NCBI GenBank assembly: GCA_032128875.1
Contig: JAVLKG010000003.1
Span: 353,008-417,007 of the forward strand
Reading direction: 5' to 3'
DNA from: Candidatus Melainabacteria bacterium 17Bon1m
GTDB lineage: Bacteria > Cyanobacteriota > Vampirovibrionia > Obscuribacterales > Obscuribacteraceae
DNA length: 64,000 nt
The translations under genes and the position numbers were made by a program. Below are positions 58,377-64,000 of the stretch, one piece after another; the first letter of the stretch is position 1; every line of letters starts with the position of its first letter. Below the pieces are notes generated by a model that was given only the letters and a program-made list of their open reading frames with translations, did not search any database and was not told the origin of the DNA.

Positions 58377-59390
58377 ATGAGTGAAACACCGTCGATTAAG
58401 GTAACCCAGCTCACGAAGGTTTTCGGAAAGAGAACAGTCGTTGATAAGCTTGACCTGGAAGTCCGTCCTGGCGAACTTTACGCGCTTTTGGGCGACAATG
58501 GCGCGGGCAAAACGACCACCATCAATATGTTGACGACGCTTTTGAAGCCGACGTCAGGGACCTTCAGTATCTCCGGCTTTGACGGTGTTTCTAACCCCGA
58601 ACAGGCGAAGTCCAGATTCGCTGTTGTTTCCCAAGAAGTCTCGCTGTATCAAGAGCTTACGGCATTCGAGAATCTATTGTTCGTTTCGCGGTTGTATGGT
58701 CTTCCGAAAGAAGGCGCGGTTGAGCGCATTGAACATCACCTGAATCAATGGGATTTGCTTTCTCGCCGTGATGACTATGTCGGTGACTTTTCTGGCGGAA
58801 TGCAAAGAAAGTTGTCGATTGCGTGCGCATTGCTGCGTTCGCCGCGCGTGTTGTTCCTTGACGAACCGACTGTGGGGTTGGACCCCGGTTCGCGACAGCA
58901 CATTTGGGAAATTCTCACCGGTTTGAAGCATGAGGGCGTGACGATTTTTCTCACGACTCATTACTTGGAAGAAGCGGAACTTTTGTCGGATCGAGTGGGT
59001 ATCATCGTGCGCGGCAAGCTTATAGCAGAAGGAACGATTGATGATCTTCGCGGGCGTCTAAATCACATGAAGTCCATCTGTGTGAGAATGGCTCGCCGTC
59101 CAAATTCTGATGAGCTCCAATCAAGCTTGAGTCGTTTGCGTAACTTCGCATTTGGAGAAGTGGCCTATGACGAACTTCGCAATACGTTTTCGATTGCTCT
59201 CACAAGTGAAGGTCATTTGTCTGAGACACTACGGGCGGTGACTGACTGGATTGAGACAGAGCACATTCCGATTACAGGCGTTTCTACAAGCGAGCCAAGT
59301 TTGGAAGAAATCTATTTGGCACTGTCGCACGAAAAATCTCCACTGCCAAAGTTGGAGCAATCCGTTGTTCCAGCTAGCAAGGAAAATTAA
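58377..59390 (+). CDS. ABC transporter ATP-binding protein (DrrA-like)
   Basis: GDNGAGKTT, FSGGMQRK, LFLDEPTVGLDP, TTHYLEEA, PSLEEIYL. Confidence 0.95.
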   Translation: MSETPSIKVTQLTKVFGKRTVVDKLDLEVRPGELYALLGDNGAGKTTTINMLTTLLKPTSGTFSISGFDGVSNPEQAKSRFAVVSQEVSLYQELTAFENLLFVSRLYGLPKEGAVERIEHHLNQWDLLSRRDDYVGDFSGGMQRKLSIACALLRSPRVLFLDEPTVGLDPGSRQHIWEILTGLKHEGVTIFLTTHYLEEAELLSDRVGIIVRGKLIAEGTIDDLRGRLNHMKSICVRMARRPNSDELQSSLSRLRNFAFGEVAYDELRNTFSIALTSEGHLSETLRAVTDWIETEHIPITGVSTSEPSLEEIYLALSHEKSPLPKLEQSVVPASKEN

Positions 59391-59392
59391 AA

Positions 59393-60439
59393 TTGGATCA
59401 AGTCATAGCCATAATGCGAAAAGACCTGCGTCAATGGATCAGGCGACCTGCTTATTTGATTTCTAGTTTGATCATGGCGATCTTAATTGTTGCCGTTGTT
59501 GGTGACACCTTATCTGGTGCCAGACATATTCCTTTTGGTTTGTATGATCCGAGCAACGTTAGTGACTTGAAGAAGAAGCTAGCTCCCAGTGAGCGCTTCG
59601 ATGTCCTTGAATATAAAAATCTGGAAGAGGCAAAGCGCGATTTAATCAGCGGCAAGATTGTAGCTTTCGCCAAAGTAGATGAAGATCCATTGGGGGACAC
59701 TGTGGAGATTGTTACTGAAGGACACAATCCTTTTGTGGATGATCAAATCTCCATGGGGCTTTTGCGAGGTCTTACTGGTCCAGGCAATCGCAATATCGAA
59801 ACCGGGATTAAGACGTCTTCGCTTTCCAACTTTGAATATGAACTGCGCGATTTTATAACACCGGGACTTACGGCTTATCTTTGTTATGTCCTTGCCTCGA
59901 TGAATCTAGGATTCTCCTGGATTTATGAATGGATGGAGAAAACCTACCGGCAGATTATTCTTGCGCCCCATGGTTTGCGCTCAGCGATAATTGCAAAGAC
60001 TCTTACGGTTACCCTGCAGGCCTCTGCAGTTTTGTGGCTGGCTTTGACGCTTACGGCGCCGTTTGTGCACTTCACCTTAGGAACGAACCCGCTTGGTCTG
60101 ATTGGTATCACGCTATTGAGCGTTTTCTGTTTTGCGTCCATTGGTCTTTCTTTTGCATGTTGGCTGCGCACTATCAGGGTATACACCATGACCGTGTCCA
60201 TTCTTGGTGTTGCTCTAATGTTTGTCTCTGGCATCATCGTGCCTCTAGAAGCCATGCCTGCTTGGGAGCAGATGATTGCACGTTGTATGCCTCTGTACTA
60301 CGCTGCTGATGCCTTTAAGGGGGTTTTTCTGGATACCCCGGCTCATTATGGACAGGACGTTTTCGTGCTGCTTGCCTGGAGCGTTTCCGGTCTTTTGGTG
60401 GCAGCTTCTCTTTTGACGAAACGGCAAGCAGCGCTCTGA
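59393..60439 (+). CDS. ABC-2 type transporter permease
   Basis: KDLRQ, PGL, MFVSG..VP.EAMP.W, PLYYA.DA motifs; multiple TMs. Confidence 0.92.
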   Translation: MDQVIAIMRKDLRQWIRRPAYLISSLIMAILIVAVVGDTLSGARHIPFGLYDPSNVSDLKKKLAPSERFDVLEYKNLEEAKRDLISGKIVAFAKVDEDPLGDTVEIVTEGHNPFVDDQISMGLLRGLTGPGNRNIETGIKTSSLSNFEYELRDFITPGLTAYLCYVLASMNLGFSWIYEWMEKTYRQIILAPHGLRSAIIAKTLTVTLQASAVLWLALTLTAPFVHFTLGTNPLGLIGITLLSVFCFASIGLSFACWLRTIRVYTMTVSILGVALMFVSGIIVPLEAMPAWEQMIARCMPLYYAADAFKGVFLDTPAHYGQDVFVLLAWSVSGLLVAASLLTKRQAAL

Positions 60440-60589
60440 GATGTGCGTGAAGATATTTCTCGATGCCGGCCGGAAGCTGGCGATCCGGCCGAGTGATGCG
60501 AGCAGAGCCGGCGTTCCTGCAGAGCGATGCATGGCACCGTCCCCACAAGAACATACGCTACAATGCGCTACTACACAGAGGAAAAACCG

Positions 60590-61309
60590 GTGTCCACACG
60601 ATGCAACCCGAAAGCGTTAATGGTACTGGCTGCCCTCGCGTTTTCTTTGTCGATTTCAGGGTTGGGCGCGACCGCAAAGTCCGGTCATACAGCAAAGAAA
60701 AACTCTTCGCCTAAGATCAGCGCGCCTACAAAGAATAATTCTGCCGCCAATAAAGACTGCTCTGAAAAGGAGATGGTCGAGGGGTTTATTGCCGCTGTAA
60801 CTCGACCTGATGCCGACAAGCATGCGAAAGCTGGTTTTGATGAAGCGGCTCAATTGATGGCATTTGATGAAATGGCAAAGCGCGCTTTTGGCGATGCCGG
60901 CTGGCCGAAATTCTCTCCTGCAGAGCAAAAGGAAATCGTCGTTCTGTTTCGACGCTTGATCGAAATTCGCTTTTACCCGCGTTGGCGCCGTGTTTTTCAG
61001 AATGGTAAGTTCGAGGTGGCGGATGTCCAGAAGGGCGCAGACTCAATTGTCTCTGGAAGTCTGAATGCGGACGGCAGGAAATCAGCTTTGTCGTTTCGCC
61101 TTACTAAGACGCCAGAAGGTTACAGATTGGTGAGCATGTCCGTGAAAGAAAAGGACATGCTTGAGCGCACTTCAGTTCGTTTGAAGCGCGGTCTTGCTAA
61201 CAAAGGCGCAGCCGGGCTAATTGCGCATTTGAGAAAACGGACACAAGAGGCGCAAAAAGATTCGAATTATAAGCCGCCACTAGAAGAGTTAATCTCGGGC
61301 GGTAAGTAG
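60590..61309 (+). CDS. Exported MlaC/Ttg2D-like binding protein
   Basis: Signal peptide; FDEMAKRAFG..W..FSPAEQKE...LF..LI..., YRLV.MSV, GLIAHLR pattern. Confidence 0.65.
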   Translation: MSTRCNPKALMVLAALAFSLSISGLGATAKSGHTAKKNSSPKISAPTKNNSAANKDCSEKEMVEGFIAAVTRPDADKHAKAGFDEAAQLMAFDEMAKRAFGDAGWPKFSPAEQKEIVVLFRRLIEIRFYPRWRRVFQNGKFEVADVQKGADSIVSGSLNADGRKSALSFRLTKTPEGYRLVSMSVKEKDMLERTSVRLKRGLANKGAAGLIAHLRKRTQEAQKDSNYKPPLEELISGGK

Positions 61310-61566
61310 CGTTTCTCGAGCGTAGGGCTGGGCCTTGTTTTCAGGTACAGCCAAGTAACCTTTCGGCAGCATGCGCGGTCTTGACCGGTTTGAGTGGCCC
61401 TACTAGAATTATTATTGAGAGTTAATAATGCGCGCTTAGTGAGGTCAGACCTCGCCATAGATGCTTCACCAAGTGCTTCCGTTGGGCTAAGAGGAGTTTT
61501 CCTATGCTGCTGTGCGGTTGTGAATTTTGTCGTGGTGGCAAACGACGAAAATTAGGACGTTGCCGA

Positions 61567-63357
61567 ATGCGCGGACAGCGCGGCAATATGCTGGTTTTTA
61601 TCCTTGCCATCTTGATGGGGATCTTGATGCTTCTGCTGGGATTCGCTCTCAGTTATGTCCGTATGCTCGGTTCGAATGCCGAACAGAAGACTGCCATTGA
61701 AGCGGCTTCTTTGGCTGCTGCTAAAGACTTGGCACGCATCGTTATCGAGGATCCGAATTTTGGGTTTATCTCGCTGTCGGATGCCGCGCCATCAACGCCT
61801 AACACTAAAGCTGATGACGGGTTTTCGATGCCTGTTGTCGGCATCAATACACTGCTCGGCACCATCCGTTTAGACATGATCGTTGCAAGTGAGTTGGGCG
61901 ACAATACGATGTCCACACTCGCTCAGACCGATTACACCAACGCGATGCAGGCCAAAGATTTCCTGGTCAGCAACCTGCAACAAGCGATGCTCCCGGGCAA
62001 CGGTGGGTCTAATTTGCGTGACGTCGACGGTAACGTGGTCAGTCCATATCAAGCTGCTGTCGAAGCTTACCAGCAGAACGTGGTGCGCATCGCCGGCGGT
62101 AATTCGCGCATGGTCAACGGCTCCATGAAGTTGACACTGGGTGCGCTCACAACCCCTGCGACTACCAGCACCCCGATTCCAAACCCGCAGGCTCTCTCGA
62201 ACACCAGCGGGGCACAAGTTAATCAAGGATGTTACACCTCCTACAATGACATTCCATATGCTGGGAAAAGCTTTGTGTTTGCCGGCATCGGCAAGGACGT
62301 CAAACTTGTCGACCTGAAGAATTTCACGACGAGTCTTGGTTCTGTTCCGTATTTCATCCCGACAATAGTTAAAGCCGAAGCCGATCACATGGTCGTCTCC
62401 GCCGGGCAGGGCGGTACCAATATCGTTCACTCCGTTGCCTGCGCTCAGCCCGCATCGGTGCACGATCCTAGACCGGCGCCCGGAGCTATTACTCTCTCAA
62501 TGCTGCCTGGAAAGGTCGACGACCTTCCGCAACCGGGCAGTATGACGTCAGATCCGCAGCTGTCTAACACCCCTCTGGAAATCAAAACCTCAGTTGGTGG
62601 AGATACTCCGGGTGGCGGTACCCTCGCACCCACACCCGTCAGTGGGTTCGGCAGTTCAATGACCTTAGGTCAAGCGTTCAGCATGGGCTTCTACGACTGG
62701 CTGAGGCGCGCAGGCACCAAAGCGGACGTAAAGGCTGTGAAAGCCTTCATGAGTACACCATTCGGTCCTGGCATTACCAGCACCGTTGGTGGTGTCAACT
62801 GCTACACCTGGAATGAGGATGGAACGATCCGTTATGCTCAAATGTCAGGGCTGACGGCGCGGAATGTTACAGTAAGCCACTTTCAAGGAAGAGTGGTCAG
62901 CTCAGGTACTTTCACAAGCTCAACTGGAAAAACTTACAAGGTAATTGGTACCGACGAAAGCCGCCAACCGGGAAGGATGCGAGGCGGGCAGCACGGCGGC
63001 GAGCCTCTGGAAGATCCAGTTGTACAAGCGTGTGCTGGCTTGCCTGCAACAACAATATCGTCATCTGATACTGGATCTGATATTGCTGGACTGTTGGGCT
63101 TATTGCTGATGGTGGCTGTCCCTTCCGGGCTGTTTGTCGCCGGTACACAACGCAACAGCAAAGTAATGCGTCAGGTCGCAGCGGCAATGCTTCTCGCAGG
63201 CACAGAGGCGTCCACGCTCGGACTCCTTACCGCTTGCGGTGGAGGCTCGCCTCCGCCACCAGTAGTGGTGACTACGACTGTAACTGGTCCGCGTGTTAAT
63301 AGACCAACTTACACATCCAATGGCATCGTGGTCGACCTGACTTTCATCAAGCAGTAG
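61567..63357 (+). CDS. Tad/TadG-like pilus-associated protein (N-terminal prepilin-like TM)
   Basis: RGQRG|NMLVFILAIL prepilin-like start and KTAIEAASLAAA Tad motif. Confidence 0.65.
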   Translation: MRGQRGNMLVFILAILMGILMLLLGFALSYVRMLGSNAEQKTAIEAASLAAAKDLARIVIEDPNFGFISLSDAAPSTPNTKADDGFSMPVVGINTLLGTIRLDMIVASELGDNTMSTLAQTDYTNAMQAKDFLVSNLQQAMLPGNGGSNLRDVDGNVVSPYQAAVEAYQQNVVRIAGGNSRMVNGSMKLTLGALTTPATTSTPIPNPQALSNTSGAQVNQGCYTSYNDIPYAGKSFVFAGIGKDVKLVDLKNFTTSLGSVPYFIPTIVKAEADHMVVSAGQGGTNIVHSVACAQPASVHDPRPAPGAITLSMLPGKVDDLPQPGSMTSDPQLSNTPLEIKTSVGGDTPGGGTLAPTPVSGFGSSMTLGQAFSMGFYDWLRRAGTKADVKAVKAFMSTPFGPGITSTVGGVNCYTWNEDGTIRYAQMSGLTARNVTVSHFQGRVVSSGTFTSSTGKTYKVIGTDESRQPGRMRGGQHGGEPLEDPVVQACAGLPATTISSSDTGSDIAGLLGLLLMVAVPSGLFVAGTQRNSKVMRQVAAAMLLAGTEASTLGLLTACGGGSPPPPVVVTTTVTGPRVNRPTYTSNGIVVDLTFIKQ

Positions 63358-63396
63358 GTCTTCGACTCCGAACGATAGCTAAGTCCGAAATCAGAC

Positions 63397-63426
63397 AAAG
63401 GGTGGCTCTCAGGAGTCACCCTTTTT
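63397..63426. terminator. Bidirectional terminator hairpin overlapping the stop codon of the last gene
   Basis: aaagggtggctc-tcag-gagtcacccttt. Confidence 0.7.
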
Positions 63427-64000
63427 AGCTTTTGAGGTAACAGAAAAAACGTTCTTCTGCCCTCTCACAACCCATGGATCTTCGAGAATTTGTTTTTGCA
63501 GTTTTGCCGGAATCTTATATAGTGCAAAAATCAACCGATCAATTTCGGTTTGAATAATACTTTCCTTCGATTTTGCCCATGCGATGAAGCTAATGTCTAT
63601 TAGGTTTCCTTCCATGCTTTCCACACGACGTGCCAGGTCGACTGCTTCTTCTGCAAGCTTTGACACTTCAAATTGTGTCATTGCATCAGGTTGTGCAAAA
63701 GGCAACTTTCTCAAATCACCAATTTGAAAATTGATGGTTGGATTGAGAACGCCCATGAGATAACGGACCAGTGATGAGTTCATAAAGCCAAGCATGTACA
63801 TGCGTAGAGGCTCGGGGGTAAACACCGAAGAGCTAGCTATATCAAAAATAGAGTCAGGGCTGAGGAGTCGCGCCTTGAAACCTTGCGTTCCTATATATGA
63901 GTACGTTATGCCGGGCTTGAAGTAATATTCTTCACCTGGCAAGCTGCGCGATTGACCTCTTGATACTCGATATTCGCGTATAACATCTCCGCCATTTTGC
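63409..64000 (-). CDS. C-terminal part of an adenine DNA methyltransferase (PglX/type IIG R-M-like); 5' end lies outside the window
   Basis: Frame open to the window edge; YYFKPGITYS..., FD, LGFMNS, LNPTINFQIGDLRKLP, EID..IF.LY pattern typical of PglX-like target-recognition regions. Confidence 0.7.
   Translation of the reverse strand, partial: QNGGDVIREYRVSRGQSRSLPGEEYYFKPGITYSYIGTQGFKARLLSPDSIFDIASSSVFTPEPLRMYMLGFMNSSLVRYLMGVLNPTINFQIGDLRKLPFAQPDAMTQFEVSKLAEEAVDLARRVESMEGNLIDISFIAWAKSKESIIQTEIDRLIFALYKIPAKLQKQILEDPWVVRGQKNVFSVTSKAKKGDS

Noticed and set aside
58377-60439. ABC-2 exporter as the RiPP transporter
   Set aside because: About 24 kb from the cluster with unrelated genes in between; nothing in the sequence links them

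Overview
Bacterial chromosomal window of roughly 50% GC. Gene content and style (rpsP-khpA-ffh, Gram-positive/cyanobacterial-type DnaK, AdhE, many TPR/HEAT/DUF4388 and low-complexity proteins, GTAG-type REP palindromes) suggest a non-photosynthetic cyanobacterial relative (Vampirovibrionia/Melainabacteria, Obscuribacterales-like); this is inference only. Most of the window is housekeeping or hypothetical genes (gcvT, gcvH, MscS, acyl-CoA dehydrogenase, rpsP, ffh, dnaK, nagB, adhE, an ABC-2 exporter). The standout is a ~16 kb locus at 18.9-34.7 kb. It holds two mirror-image, divergently transcribed YcaO RiPP cassettes, each reading precursor(s) > E1-like leader-binding protein > azoline-type YcaO > SagB-type dehydrogenase and each closed by a convergent SGGxDS/CxxCxxC (QueC-like) gene. 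Between and beside them lie an HTTM/SdpB-like membrane protein, three GT2 glycosyltransferases and a polysaccharide pyruvyl transferase. Four small precursor genes share an F-x-x-[DG]-Y-x-x-Y leader motif, a GPCxC core start and an F-x-PP-x-P tail. Three have a CACD[GN]C core; the fourth has a 13-Cys alternating (Cys-X)n core made of a duplicated 14-residue unit. I do not recognise this precursor family, so it is a candidate undescribed poly-thiazol(in)e, possibly glycosylated, RiPP system. No rRNA, tRNA, CRISPR array or intact mobile element was seen.
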